Source: Gemmatimonadota bacterium (lineage in GTDB: Bacteria; Gemmatimonadota; Gemmatimonadetes; Palauibacterales; Palauibacteraceae). From it: 64,000 nucleotides of DNA. This document shows positions 20,601-29,497 of the stretch, piece after piece; position 1 is the first letter of the stretch, and each line of letters begins with the position of its first letter. The translations under genes and the position numbers were made by a program. The stretch lies in contig OZ220691.1 of the NCBI GenBank assembly GCA_965116475.1, positions 3,168,001 through 3,232,000 of the forward strand. The letters are read 5' to 3'. The notes below the pieces were generated by a model. The model saw only the letters and a list, made by a program, of their open reading frames with translations. It did no database searches and was not told the origin of the DNA.

Positions 20601-20870
20601 ACGATGGTCGACCTGCGCCTCACGGGGCAGGGCCAGGATGGGGTGCGCTTCGAGGCCCGGCTCCTGCAGAAGCTCGGCTATCTCGTCGGCGCGCTCTCCA
20701 TCGCGGACTTCCGGCCCACAGACCAGGAGATGGAGGTGAAGGTCATCCTCCACGACGCACTCGAGGCGCACCTGGCGGAACTCGAAGAGTTGGTGCGGAC
20801 GGATGTCGCGGCGCTCAACGAGACGCTGCGCGGCCTCGGCATGCTCATCATCACCGACGACTCGCCATGA
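17649..20870 (+). CDS. Secreted BNR/Asp-box (VPS10/sortilin-like) repeat protein, glycosyl-hydrolase-like
   Basis: Signal peptide; WRNIGP; many S.DGG.TW Asp-boxes; DHHDMWIDP; C-terminal WDLR...PG.YTV.L domain and coiled coil. Confidence 0.88.
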   Translation: MRVRPFCAFFALLILSLPAVAPLAAQSAPDPAAYETLRWRNIGPEGNRFSAAAGIPGQPYTYYVGAASGGIYKTTDGGVNWDEMFDDQPVQSIGSLAVSPTDPNIVWTGTGEGKIRSHISIGQGVYKSTDAGETWTLMGLEPTGRIPRLVIHPTNPDIVYVCALGHSYGPQPERGVYRTTDGGESWEHVLFIDEDTGCSDIAMDPSNPRILFAGTWQLEIHTWGRTSGGPGGGLHVSRDGGDTWEKLNGPDNTIGLPKKPVGKVAVAVAPSNPQRVYAMLETGDGIPWDGEPTEDGQLWRSEDGGRTWALITRNRNAMGRPHYYSRVVISPDDEDEAYFLTASFTVSTDGGRTLDVTPRPQAPGGDHHDMWIDPTNPDRMIVAHDQGLSISINRTKTWFRQRLTNAQMYHVTVDNAVPYNVLGNKQDEPTYRGPSNSRILGTRRINHIPRGMWHHVGGGESGFATPDPTDPNIVWSSASGSGMVGGIVVRYEEERRQYRPVEVWPEQSRGPASGVRYRFIWDAPVHISPHDNETVYVGSQHVHRTRNRGQSWEVISPDLTLNDRSRMGLSGGLTGDNIGVEYAGTVFGIAESPIEAGLIWAGTNDGKLHITRDGGENWTDVTGNVDGLPEWIAVRSIAPSRYDAGTAYIAADGHQVNIRDPHVYRTRDFGASWEKITDGIPPSMLSYTKIIVEDPVRPGMLYVGTENAIYVTFNDGDDWQPLQNNLPAAPVSGIVVQEHFNDLVVGTYGRGFWILDDLSPIQQLTPEVMASASHLFEPRAAYRFRPITPPSIPYDDPTIGEDPEYGASLNYWLAAEASEAPAIEILDDAGAVVRTLEGPNRAGVNRIHWDLRDEPNEPIRMLTPPRYAEHIEVGDDGRPAPGGQQISILMPPGQYTVRLTADGATHEQPLTVLKDPHSAGTEADIAEQLAFIREVREDVVRAGEAVHRVEAMRVQLRTLSRFADDEDLAASVEELRQKLIDVQETMVDLRLTGQGQDGVRFEARLLQKLGYLVGALSIADFRPTDQEMEVKVILHDALEAHLAELEELVRTDVAALNETLRGLGMLIITDDSP

Positions 20871-22519
20871 TCGATCGACGAGGCTTCATTGGCGCGAGCG
20901 TCGCCGGGGGGCTAGGCGCCGTGGCCGCGGCCTCGGGGTGCGCGCCCGAGGGTGGATCCGACGATCCCGCCGCCGGCGCGGCTGGCGGCGACGCGGGCGG
21001 CGCGGCGGCGGTGCCTCCGTTCGAACTGGATGAGGTGACGGTCGACGAACTCCAGGCGAGCATGGCGTCGGGCGAGCGCACGGCCCGCTCGATCGCGGAG
21101 CTGTACCTCGCACGGATCGAAGCGCTGGACGGGCAGGGTCCGGAACTGCGTTCGATCATCGAGACGAACCCGGACGCGCTGGCCATCGCGGACGAACTCG
21201 ACGCCGAGCGGGCGGCGGGCAGCGTCCGCGGGCCGCTGCACGGCATTCCGGTCGCGCTCAAGGACAACATCGACACGCACGACCGGATGACGACGACGGC
21301 CGGTTCGCTGGCGCTGGAGGGTTCGATCCCGCTGCGGGATTCGTTCGTGGCCGCCCGGCTGCGGGAGGCGGGGGCCCTGATCCTGGGCAAAGCAAATCTC
21401 AGCGAGTGGGCCTATTTCCGCGGCGTGCGCGCGACGAGCGGTTGGTCGGCGCGCGGGGGCCAGTGCCGGAACCCCTACGCGCTCGACCGGAACCCGTGCG
21501 GTTCGAGTTCCGGCTCCGGCGTTGCGGCCTCGGCGAACCTCTGCGCGCTCACGGTGGGGACGGAGACGGGCGGCTCCATCATGTGCCCCTCCTCGAGCAA
21601 CGGCATCGTGGGCATCAAGCCCACCGTCGGACTCTGGAGCCGGGCCGGCGTCATCCCCATCTCCCATTCGCAGGACACGGCCGGACCCATGTGCCGGACG
21701 GTTCGCGACGCCGCCGCCCTGCTCGGCGCATGCACGGGCGTGGACCCGCGAGATTCCGCCACCGCCGCGAGCGCAGGCCGCGCGCACACCGACTACACGC
21801 AGTTCCTCGACGCGTCCGGGCTACAAGGCGCCCGTATCGGCGTCGTGCGCAGCTTCCCCGGCTTCGACCCGCGCGTGCTCGCGCTGTTCGACGAGGCGAT
21901 CGAGGCGATGCGGGCCGAGGGCGCGGTCATCATCGATCCCGCCAACATGGACGCCGCGGCCTGGAACGACCCGCTCTCACTCGTGCTGCTCGAATTCGAG
22001 TTCAAGGCCGATCTCAACGCCTACCTCGCCGGGCTGGGTCCGGACGCCCCGGTGAAGAGCCTGGCCGAGGTCATCGAGTTCAACGAGCGCAACGCCGACC
22101 GGGAGATGCCGCATTTTGGCCAGGAGCGCTTGATCGCGTCTCAGAGGAGGGGGCCGCTCACGGACCCCGAGTACCTGAACGCCGTCGCCACCATTCAGCG
22201 TGCGAACCGGGAGGATGGGATCGACCGCCTTGCGCGGGAGCACGACCTGGATGCAATCGTCGCGCCGACGCGCGACCTCCCGTGGCCGACCGACCACATC
22301 AAGGGGGACCGGCTCGACGGGGGATCGTCGGCCGCCCCCGCCGCGATCGCCGGCTATCCGGACATCACGGTGCCGATGGGGTTCGTGCGTGGACTCCCGG
22401 CGGGCGTCTCGTTCTTCGGCCCGGCCTGGACGGAGCCCACGCTGCTGCGCATCGCCTATGCCTACGAACAGGCCACCAACGAGCGCCGCGCCCCCACGTT
22501 CGCCTCAACCCTCGGCTGA
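20867..22519 (+). CDS. Amidase (amidase-signature family), Tat-exported lipoprotein
   Basis: IDRRGFIG Tat motif, ASGC lipobox; GPLHGIPVALKDN, GSSSGSG, GTETGGSI. Confidence 0.92.
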   Translation: MIDRRGFIGASVAGGLGAVAAASGCAPEGGSDDPAAGAAGGDAGGAAAVPPFELDEVTVDELQASMASGERTARSIAELYLARIEALDGQGPELRSIIETNPDALAIADELDAERAAGSVRGPLHGIPVALKDNIDTHDRMTTTAGSLALEGSIPLRDSFVAARLREAGALILGKANLSEWAYFRGVRATSGWSARGGQCRNPYALDRNPCGSSSGSGVAASANLCALTVGTETGGSIMCPSSSNGIVGIKPTVGLWSRAGVIPISHSQDTAGPMCRTVRDAAALLGACTGVDPRDSATAASAGRAHTDYTQFLDASGLQGARIGVVRSFPGFDPRVLALFDEAIEAMRAEGAVIIDPANMDAAAWNDPLSLVLLEFEFKADLNAYLAGLGPDAPVKSLAEVIEFNERNADREMPHFGQERLIASQRRGPLTDPEYLNAVATIQRANREDGIDRLAREHDLDAIVAPTRDLPWPTDHIKGDRLDGGSSAAPAAIAGYPDITVPMGFVRGLPAGVSFFGPAWTEPTLLRIAYAYEQATNERRAPTFASTLG

Positions 22520-22568
22520 CCCTGGCCCGAAGTTGCGCCGGGTGTCTGCCCGTCAGTAAGTTGCACCT

Positions 22569-22635
22569 ACGATACCCGCCGGCAGCGTGCTGTCGGTTCA
22601 AGGGCCGCTCCTTTTGGGGCGGCCCTTGCTTTTTT
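22569..22635 (+). ncRNA. Candidate small RNA (two hairpins)
   Basis: Upstream TTGCGC-18-TAAGTT (22533-22562); hairpin GCCGGCAG-CGTG-CTGTCGGT; then the terminator. Confidence 0.3.
22599..22635 (+). terminator. Rho-independent terminator
   Basis: CAAGGGCCGCTCC-TTTT-GGGGCGGCCCTTG followed by CTTTTTT, between convergent genes. Confidence 0.85.
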
Positions 22636-22640
22636 CGGCG

Positions 22641-23426
22641 TCAGCCGGCGCGGACGAGGGCGATGCTGCCGTTGACGGTGCTCACCTCGATTTCCGGTCC
22701 GCCGGCGCCGATCTCGCCGGAGGCGGACTTGGGGCCCCAGCGCCCGCGGATCGTGAGCGGGAAATCCGTGTCGATGGAGCCGTTGACCGTCCGGATGTCG
22801 AGGTCGGCATCGGTGCCGTTCGGGAGCACGAGGCGGATCCCTCCGTTGACCGTCTTGAAGCGGAGGTCTTCGGAGACGTCGCCCCCGAGCCACGCCTCGA
22901 TCTCCCCGTTCACGGTCTCCGCGGATACCGGGCCGTTGCCTGCCACGACGATGCCGCCGTTCACGGTCCGGGCCTCCACCTCATCGGCGATCCCCCGCGC
23001 CTCGATCTCCCCATTAACCGTTCGGGCTTCGAGTTCGACGCCGGCCGGGACCTCGACCGTGAAGTGCACCTGCACGTCGTTGTTGCGGACGCTCATCTCG
23101 TAGTCGTCGCCCCGCCCGCACCGGTTCGGGTCGCGCCCGCGCCTCGACGGGTAGACGGCACAGATCAGGACGCCCCGCGAGTCCTCGATCACTTCAATGC
23201 GGACCGAATCCGGATCGTCGTCGTCCCATTCCTTCGTCGCTCGAACCCGTACTTCGCTGCCGCTCGCCGCGCTCGCCGTGATGGAGCCGTTCACGCCCCT
23301 GATCGTGACCGCGTCTCCGCGATCCACGGCCCCCTGCCATTCGAAGTCCTGGGCCCGCGCTTCCGCCGCCCCCAGGCACACCAGTCCTGCCGCCGCCGCG
23401 GCGAGTCGTCGCGCTGTATTCCGCAT
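22641..23426 (-). CDS. DUF4097 beta-strand repeat protein (secreted)
   Basis: Signal peptide; repeated TVNG.I motifs. Confidence 0.88.
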   Translation of the reverse strand: MRNTARRLAAAAAGLVCLGAAEARAQDFEWQGAVDRGDAVTIRGVNGSITASAASGSEVRVRATKEWDDDDPDSVRIEVIEDSRGVLICAVYPSRRGRDPNRCGRGDDYEMSVRNNDVQVHFTVEVPAGVELEARTVNGEIEARGIADEVEARTVNGGIVVAGNGPVSAETVNGEIEAWLGGDVSEDLRFKTVNGGIRLVLPNGTDADLDIRTVNGSIDTDFPLTIRGRWGPKSASGEIGAGGPEIEVSTVNGSIALVRAG

Positions 23427-23456
23427 CGTGCTGCTCCCGGTTCTCGTGGGTACGGG

Positions 23457-24326
23457 CTATCTCGTGGGTTCCTGGCCATCGAGGTCGGGGGTGCGCTCCC
23501 CCGGCCGGACGAGGAGGATGTCCCCGTCGAACGACTTCAGCGTCACGGCGGCCGATCCGTCGCCGACCGTGAACTCCCCTCCGCGCACGCTGCCGCCCTG
23601 AAACTGGACGGGGAAGGAGGGGACGAGTTCTCCGTCGAAGGTGGACACGGAGATGCGGGCGCCGGCGCTCTCCGGGACGGCGAACGTCACATCGCCGTCG
23701 TGGGTGCTGAGCGAGTACGTGCCGTCGCCGTGAAGGGCGCCGTCGTACCAGACGTCGCCGTCCACCGTGGCGACCGAGATGGCGCGGGTGTCGGCGTTCG
23801 TGACGACGATGTCGGCGTCGATGCCGCTGATGCTCACGGCTCCCGCGACCTGATCGAGCCACACGTCGCCGTCGGTCACGCTGACCGTCGCGGATCCGGT
23901 GCTGGAAATCGTCACCGAGCCGTCCAGCGTGGCGACGCTGACGCTGGTGGCGCCGTCGATCTCCACGTCTCCGTCGGCCGTCCTCACGGCCACGGCGCCG
24001 CCGGCGATGCCGGCCACCGTGACATCGCCTTCGTGTCCGACCACGCTCACGTCGACATCCTCCGGAAGCCAGATGAGGAAGTCCGCGCCGTCGCCGCTCG
24101 GGCTTGAACCGAGCCGAATCGTGCCGCCCGAGGACTGCACGCGAATCGCGCCGTCATCGTCGTCGAGCACGACCCGCGCCTCGCGGCCGGACGCGCCCAT
24201 CACCCGGATATCTCCCTCGCGGTGTTCGATCTCGATGCGCGCGCCCTCGGGCACCACGAACGTCGTGTCGCGCGCGCCGGGGTTCGTCGCTGCGAGAGCG
24301 GCCAGGACAACCATCGCCGGGACCAT
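23457..24326 (-). CDS. DUF4097 beta-strand repeat protein
   Basis: Repeated T.DGDV motifs; translationally coupled to the anti-sigma gene. Confidence 0.85.
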   Translation of the reverse strand: MVPAMVVLAALAATNPGARDTTFVVPEGARIEIEHREGDIRVMGASGREARVVLDDDDGAIRVQSSGGTIRLGSSPSGDGADFLIWLPEDVDVSVVGHEGDVTVAGIAGGAVAVRTADGDVEIDGATSVSVATLDGSVTISSTGSATVSVTDGDVWLDQVAGAVSISGIDADIVVTNADTRAISVATVDGDVWYDGALHGDGTYSLSTHDGDVTFAVPESAGARISVSTFDGELVPSFPVQFQGGSVRGGEFTVGDGSAAVTLKSFDGDILLVRPGERTPDLDGQEPTR

Positions 24327-25078
24327 CAGTCGGTCGCCGCGAGTTGCACGGCCTGGGCAAGAAACTCCGACTTGCGTCGCATAGTGTTCTCCATGTGTTG
24401 CTGGATGTAGGGGTCATCGGGCAGTTCGAGCAGCGCCGCCCGCGCGTCCTCGATGGCCCGGTCGATCGTCACGAGCGCGCGGCGGATGCGCGCCACGGTC
24501 TCCGGCGGCAGGGGCCGCTCCGAGTCGAACAGCACGCGCTCGAGTTCGGCGATCAGCCGGGCGTATTCCTCGGCGCTCGATCCTTCGTCCTCGAGCGTCG
24601 AGACGCTGCGCGCGGCCGGCGGCAGGAGCGATGGCGCACCGAGCCCCGGAGAGGCACCCGCCGTGCCCGGATTCGCCGCCATGTCGTCCCGCGCCACGGC
24701 CGTCCACACGAGCGCCGCGGAGAGCCACGCCAGCGCGATGCCGGCCGCGAGTTGCGGCGCGAAACGCGCGATGAAGCGGGCGGGCGGCCTGCGTCGGGTC
24801 GGCGCTTCGGAGGTGTCGGGCGCCACGCCCGCGCCGCCGGCGGGCCGCACGCCGATCCGCACCGCGATGCCGGGCCACAGATCCTCGACCGGCTCGCGCG
24901 GCCCGAGGCTCGCGGCCCGGTCCACCACGGCTTCGAGTTCGGCGAGCGTCCGGGCGCAGTCCTCGCAACGCTCCAGGTGCCGCTCGACCAGGACCTCCTC
25001 CTCGGCGCCGAGGCTGCCGTCGAGGTACTCCGAAAGACGGTCCCGAAAGCGATCCTTCCGCTGTTCTCGATCTGTCAT
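24326..25078 (-). CDS. Zinc-finger (zf-HC2) anti-sigma factor, membrane-anchored
   Basis: LSEYLDGSL...ERHLERCEDC (HxxxCxxC), one TM helix, helical C-terminus. Confidence 0.88.
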   Translation of the reverse strand: MTDREQRKDRFRDRLSEYLDGSLGAEEEVLVERHLERCEDCARTLAELEAVVDRAASLGPREPVEDLWPGIAVRIGVRPAGGAGVAPDTSEAPTRRRPPARFIARFAPQLAAGIALAWLSAALVWTAVARDDMAANPGTAGASPGLGAPSLLPPAARSVSTLEDEGSSAEEYARLIAELERVLFDSERPLPPETVARIRRALVTIDRAIEDARAALLELPDDPYIQQHMENTMRRKSEFLAQAVQLAATD

Positions 25079-25101
25079 CGGCTCAACTACCTCTCCTGCC
25101 T

Positions 25102-25683
25102 CTACCTCTCCAGGTGCCGTCTCAGAATCATCCGTGCCCGGTGCAACTGGGACTTGGATGTGCCGGCCGTAATGTCCAACTGCTCCGCGATCTCGCGGTG
25201 CTTGTAGCCCTCGACGTCGTGCAGGACGAAGACCTCGCGCGCCCCATCCGGTAGCCGTTCGAGCGCGACCTCGAAGTCGAGGCGGATCTCGATGCTGTCG
25301 TGCCGCGCCCGGGCCACCGCCAGGGGGATCTCGTTCGCCATCTCCCGTTCCCGTTGCAGCTTCAGCGCCCGCAACCGGCTGCACATGAGGTTCACCGCCA
25401 ACCGGTACAGCCATGAACTGAAGGCCGATTCACCGCGGAACGTCCCGAGCTTCTCCCACGCCCGAACGAAGACATCCTGCGTGAGTTCGTCCGCCCGGTC
25501 GCTCCCGGCCATCCGGCACGCGAGCCCGTAGACCCGCGACACGTGGGCGCGGTAGAGGCGCTCGAACGCCTCGGCATCCCCGAACGTCGCCGCCCGCACG
25601 TCTGCCTCGACGCCGGCGGAAGGCTGCCCCTCCGTCCGCGCGTCCGGCCCGTGCTCCCGCGATTTGCCGTTCGGTTCGATCAC
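25102..25683 (-). CDS. ECF RNA polymerase sigma factor
   Basis: GD.EAFERLY, ELTQDVFVRAW, FRGESAFSSWLYRLAVN, LP...REVFVLHDVEGYKHREIA...GTSKSQLHRAR. Start placed at GTG 25683 because of the upstream ECF promoter. Confidence 0.92.
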   Translation of the reverse strand: MIEPNGKSREHGPDARTEGQPSAGVEADVRAATFGDAEAFERLYRAHVSRVYGLACRMAGSDRADELTQDVFVRAWEKLGTFRGESAFSSWLYRLAVNLMCSRLRALKLQREREMANEIPLAVARARHDSIEIRLDFEVALERLPDGAREVFVLHDVEGYKHREIAEQLDITAGTSKSQLHRARMILRRHLER

Positions 25684-25714
25684 GTCCTGGTCCGCGTTCC
25701 TGTTTCGATCTTGA

Positions 25715-25740
25715 GACGCGCCCTTTGTCCGAAAGGTTGG
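25715..25740 (-). promoter_or_regulatory. ECF-type autoregulatory promoter
   Basis: Minus strand CCAACC-16 bp-CGTC, the AAC/CGT signature of ECF promoters, about 30 nt upstream of the sigma start. Confidence 0.6.
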
Positions 25741-25762
25741 AGTGCCGCCGGGTGTGCCCGCA

Positions 25763-26647
25763 TCACGGGTGGCCATCGACGATGTCCGAACGCGGTTCCA
25801 GGCGAAGGGAGATGACGCCGGCGAGGATGAGCGCGGCGCCCAGCCACTGTCCGGCCGAGAGGCGGTCACCGAGCACGGCGGCGGCGAGCGCGAGCGTCAC
25901 GGCGGGCTCCATGGTGGCGGCGGTCGCCGCGCGGCCCGGGCCGATCCACTGGATGCCGATGAGAAACGCCGTGATGGGGATGGCGGTCGAGAAGAGGCCG
26001 ATCGCGCCCAGGAGGAGCAGCGGGGCGGGGGCGAGCGGCACGCCGATGCCCCCCGTGGCCAGCCCGGTGGCCGAGATCGCGATGGCCGTGACGGTGAGCG
26101 CCGTGGCCGTCGCCGAGATGGGCGGCAGTCCGGCGAAGACCCCGTGGCTCCGCACGATCCACGCCGCGAGGAACACGACCGCGAGCATGATGAGCCCCAC
26201 GCCCAGCGGATCGCCGCCTCCGAGTCCGGTGCCCACCGTCAGGGCGCACCCGATGGTCGTGAGCGCCAGCGCGGCGATGCGACGCGGCGTCAGCCGTTCG
26301 CCGACCCAGAACCGCGCCAGGAGCACGGTCATCGCCGGATAGCTGAACAGGACGAGCGTCGCGACCGAGGCCGGCAGCCGGTCGAGCCCGAGCATGTAGA
26401 ACGTCGAATTGAGCGCGTACAGCAGACCGAGCAGGACGAGGCCGGTCAGTCGCTCGCGCGGGGGCCGGGGCCGCCCCGTCGCGACCACGAAGATCCACAG
26501 CACCCCGCTCCCGACCAGGAAGCGCCAGGCCAGCAGCGGCAGCACGTCGACGCCCGCGGCAAGCGCGAGCTTGGCGAAGATCGGCAGGGCCCCATAGCCG
26601 AGGCAGGCAAGGAATACGACGAGGAGGCCGCGAGTGATTCTGCGCAT
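25763..26647 (-). CDS. EamA/DMT family transporter
   Basis: About 10 TM helices, two EamA repeats (LAWRF, FSYPAM, MEPAVT, QWLGAALIL). Confidence 0.9.
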   Translation of the reverse strand: MRRITRGLLVVFLACLGYGALPIFAKLALAAGVDVLPLLAWRFLVGSGVLWIFVVATGRPRPPRERLTGLVLLGLLYALNSTFYMLGLDRLPASVATLVLFSYPAMTVLLARFWVGERLTPRRIAALALTTIGCALTVGTGLGGGDPLGVGLIMLAVVFLAAWIVRSHGVFAGLPPISATATALTVTAIAISATGLATGGIGVPLAPAPLLLLGAIGLFSTAIPITAFLIGIQWIGPGRAATAATMEPAVTLALAAAVLGDRLSAGQWLGAALILAGVISLRLEPRSDIVDGHP

Positions 26648-26784
26648 GGGCGAATCTCGCTTCGCCAACGGAGAGTCGCCACTTTCAGGGTCCGGACGCC
26701 GCACCGGACGGTGCCCCGCACGATGCCCTGTACGGCTCACCGGCCGACGCCCCGGTACGTCCCGGGAGGAAAGGGAGAAGAGTC

Positions 26785-27654
26785 ATGGCGATTTCCGAGC
26801 TTTCGCGCGCGGCGGCAGCCGCCCTCGTCGCCTGCGCGGCGGCGGCCTGCTCGGTGTGGGTGGAGACGCCCGGCGACACGGCGGCCGCCGCGGAGGACGC
26901 GGATGGGGAAGCTCCGGGACCGCTCGACCTGGCGGGCTACGACCTCGTCGACCTCAGCCACGCCTTCGGCGACGAGACGGTCTACTGGCCGACGGACACG
27001 GCGGGGTTCGCGCTGGACGAACTGGCCTTCGGCGAGACCGAGGGCGGCTACTTCTACTCCGCCTACGCCCTGGCGACGGCCGAACACGGCGGCACCCACA
27101 TCGATGCCCCCATCCATTTCCGCGAGGGTGGGCCGGATGTGGCGTCGATCCCGCTCGGGCGGCTCATCGGCCCGGCGGTCGTGATCGACGTGACGGCGCA
27201 GGCGGCCGCGGACGCCGACTACCGGCTGACGGTGGCCGATGTGGAGGCGCACGAGGCGGAGCACGGTCCGGTCGAGGACGGGAGTATCGTTCTCCTTCGA
27301 ACGGGATGGAGCGCGCGCTGGCCCGACGCCCTCTCGTACCTGGGCGACGACACGCCCGGGGACGCGTCGCAACTCCACTTCCCGAGCTACGGAGAGGCCG
27401 CGGCGCGCCTCCTCGTCGAGGGGCGCGGGGCCGCCGCCCTCGGCGCCGACGTCGCGTCGATCGACTACGGGGCATCCACCGACTTCGTCGTCCACAGGAT
27501 CGTCGCCGCGGCGAACGCGCCCGGCCTCGAGAATCTCACCAACCTCGACCGCCTTCCGGCGCGCGGCGCGACCGTCATCGCCCTGCCGATGAAGATCTCG
27601 GGCGGATCGGGCGGTCCCCTGCGCGCGGTCGCGCTCGTACCGCCTTCGAATTGA
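26785..27654 (+). CDS. Cyclase-family (kynurenine formamidase-like) lipoprotein
   Basis: EHGGTHIDAPIHF, LLRTGW, GLENLTNL, GGSGGPLRAVA; lipobox AAAC. Confidence 0.9.
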   Translation: MAISELSRAAAAALVACAAAACSVWVETPGDTAAAAEDADGEAPGPLDLAGYDLVDLSHAFGDETVYWPTDTAGFALDELAFGETEGGYFYSAYALATAEHGGTHIDAPIHFREGGPDVASIPLGRLIGPAVVIDVTAQAAADADYRLTVADVEAHEAEHGPVEDGSIVLLRTGWSARWPDALSYLGDDTPGDASQLHFPSYGEAAARLLVEGRGAAALGADVASIDYGASTDFVVHRIVAAANAPGLENLTNLDRLPARGATVIALPMKISGGSGGPLRAVALVPPSN

Positions 27655-27754
27655 CCGTCCGCTCTTTCCGGCCGCGCGCAGCCGCCCGACATTGGGCGCG
27701 ATTGCCGCGACGTTGCCTCGATACGGCCTGCGAAACCCCTGGAGGAGGCGCCTG

Positions 27755-29497
27755 ATGCTCCGGAACCGCGCGTTCGCGTTTGCCGCCCGAACCCTCGCCC
27801 TGTGCTTGGTCAGCACGATGGTCGTCCTCGCGCCGCTCGCCGCCCAGTCGGGGCGCATGGCGGCGCCGTCGCGGGGCGGCATGGTCGTGAGCAGCCACTA
27901 CCTCGGCTCGGAAGCGGGCCAGGAGATCCTCGACAGGGGCGGGAACGCGGTCGATGCCGCCGTCGCCACGGCCTTCGCCCTCGCCGTGACCCTGCCCTCG
28001 GCCGGCAACGTCGGCGGCGGCGGGTTTCTCGTGTATCACGGGGCGGACGGGGAAGTGACGGCGTTCAACTTCCGCGAGAAGGCGGCGCTCGCGGCGACGG
28101 AGCGCATGTACCTGGGCCCGGACGGCGAAGTCCGGGACAACTCGAACCACATCGGCCTGCTCGCCGTCGGCGTGCCGGGCACCGTGGCCGGGATGTGGAA
28201 GGCGCACCAGCGCCTGGGCCGGCTGCCGTGGGCGGATCTCCTCGAGCCCGCGATCCGGCTCGCCGAGGATGGCATGCCCTCCACGTGGGCGATGCAGAAC
28301 TGGCTCCGCTCCCTGCCCGGCCGGGCGGGACCGCTCTATGACGCGACCCGCGCGGCCTTCCTCAAGGACGGGGTCCGCATGTACGAGCCGGGGGAGACCT
28401 TCCGCCAGCCGGACCTCGCCGAGACGCTGCGCCGCATCCGGAGCGACGGGCACGACGGCTTCTACCGCGGCACGACCGCGAAGCTGCTGGCCGATTTCAT
28501 GGCCGAGCACGGCGGGCTGATCACGGAGGAGGACCTGGCGCGCTACGAGGCGGACGAGCTGACCCCGATCCACGGGACGTACCGGGGCTACGACGTCTAC
28601 TCGATGCCGCCGCCGAGTTCGGGCGGCACGGGGCTCGTGGAGATGCTCAACATCCTCGAGGGGTACGACCTGGCGGAGATCGGACACAACTCGGCGCTCT
28701 ACCTGCACCTGCTCACCGAATCGATGCGGCGCTCGTACGCCGACCGGGCGCTCCATCTCGGCGACCCGAAGTTCAACCCCGACATGCCGATCGACCGCCT
28801 GACGTCGAAGGAATACGCCGGCCGCCTGCGGGCGAGCATCGACATGGAGCGGGCTTCCAGGAGCGACTCGGCGGCCTTCAACGGGGCCTTCCTCGAGGCG
28901 AGCGAGGAGACGACCCACTACTCCGTCGTGGACTCCGACGGGAACGCGGTCTCGGTCACCTACACGCTCGAGTTCGGCTACGGGTCCAGCATCGTCGTCC
29001 CCGGCGCGGGTTTCCTGCTGAACAACGAACTGGGCGACTTCAACGCGGTCCCGGGCCGCACGAATTCACGCGGCACGATCGGGACGCCGCCCAATCTCGT
29101 CGCGCCTGAGAAGCAGCCGCTGTCCAGCATGACGCCGACGATCGTCGCGCGCGACGGCCGCCCGGTGCTCGCGATCGGGAGTCCCGGGGGGCGGACGATC
29201 ATCAACACGACGCTGCAGGTCGTGCTCAACGTCATCGACCACGGGATGACCGGGTCGCAGTTCGGCCGGGCCATCGAGTCGCCCCGCATCCACCACCAGT
29301 GGCTGCCCGACGTGACCTCGTTCGAGGAGTGGGGCTTCTCGCCCGACACGAAGCGCCTCTACGAAGGCATGGGACACGCGACGCGGACCCGCGGCGGGCA
29401 GGGGCAGGCGATGGGTATCTACATCGACTGGGACACGGGGCTCCGCTGGGGCGCCTCCGACAGCCGCGCTTTCGACGGCGGCGCCCGCGGAAACTAG
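27755..29497 (+). CDS. ggt: Gamma-glutamyltransferase
   Basis: GGNAVDAAVA, GGGGF, ETTHYSVVD (catalytic Thr), PLSSMTP, GSPGG. Confidence 0.95.
   Translation: MLRNRAFAFAARTLALCLVSTMVVLAPLAAQSGRMAAPSRGGMVVSSHYLGSEAGQEILDRGGNAVDAAVATAFALAVTLPSAGNVGGGGFLVYHGADGEVTAFNFREKAALAATERMYLGPDGEVRDNSNHIGLLAVGVPGTVAGMWKAHQRLGRLPWADLLEPAIRLAEDGMPSTWAMQNWLRSLPGRAGPLYDATRAAFLKDGVRMYEPGETFRQPDLAETLRRIRSDGHDGFYRGTTAKLLADFMAEHGGLITEEDLARYEADELTPIHGTYRGYDVYSMPPPSSGGTGLVEMLNILEGYDLAEIGHNSALYLHLLTESMRRSYADRALHLGDPKFNPDMPIDRLTSKEYAGRLRASIDMERASRSDSAAFNGAFLEASEETTHYSVVDSDGNAVSVTYTLEFGYGSSIVVPGAGFLLNNELGDFNAVPGRTNSRGTIGTPPNLVAPEKQPLSSMTPTIVARDGRPVLAIGSPGGRTIINTTLQVVLNVIDHGMTGSQFGRAIESPRIHHQWLPDVTSFEEWGFSPDTKRLYEGMGHATRTRGGQGQAMGIYIDWDTGLRWGASDSRAFDGGARGN

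Noticed and set aside
17526..20771. 1081-aa minus-strand ORF and similar long antisense or alternate-frame ORFs (e.g. 41100..43415, 55522..58056, 266..1276)
   Set aside because: They are Arg/Pro/Gly-rich, lack motifs and mirror well-supported genes on the other strand.
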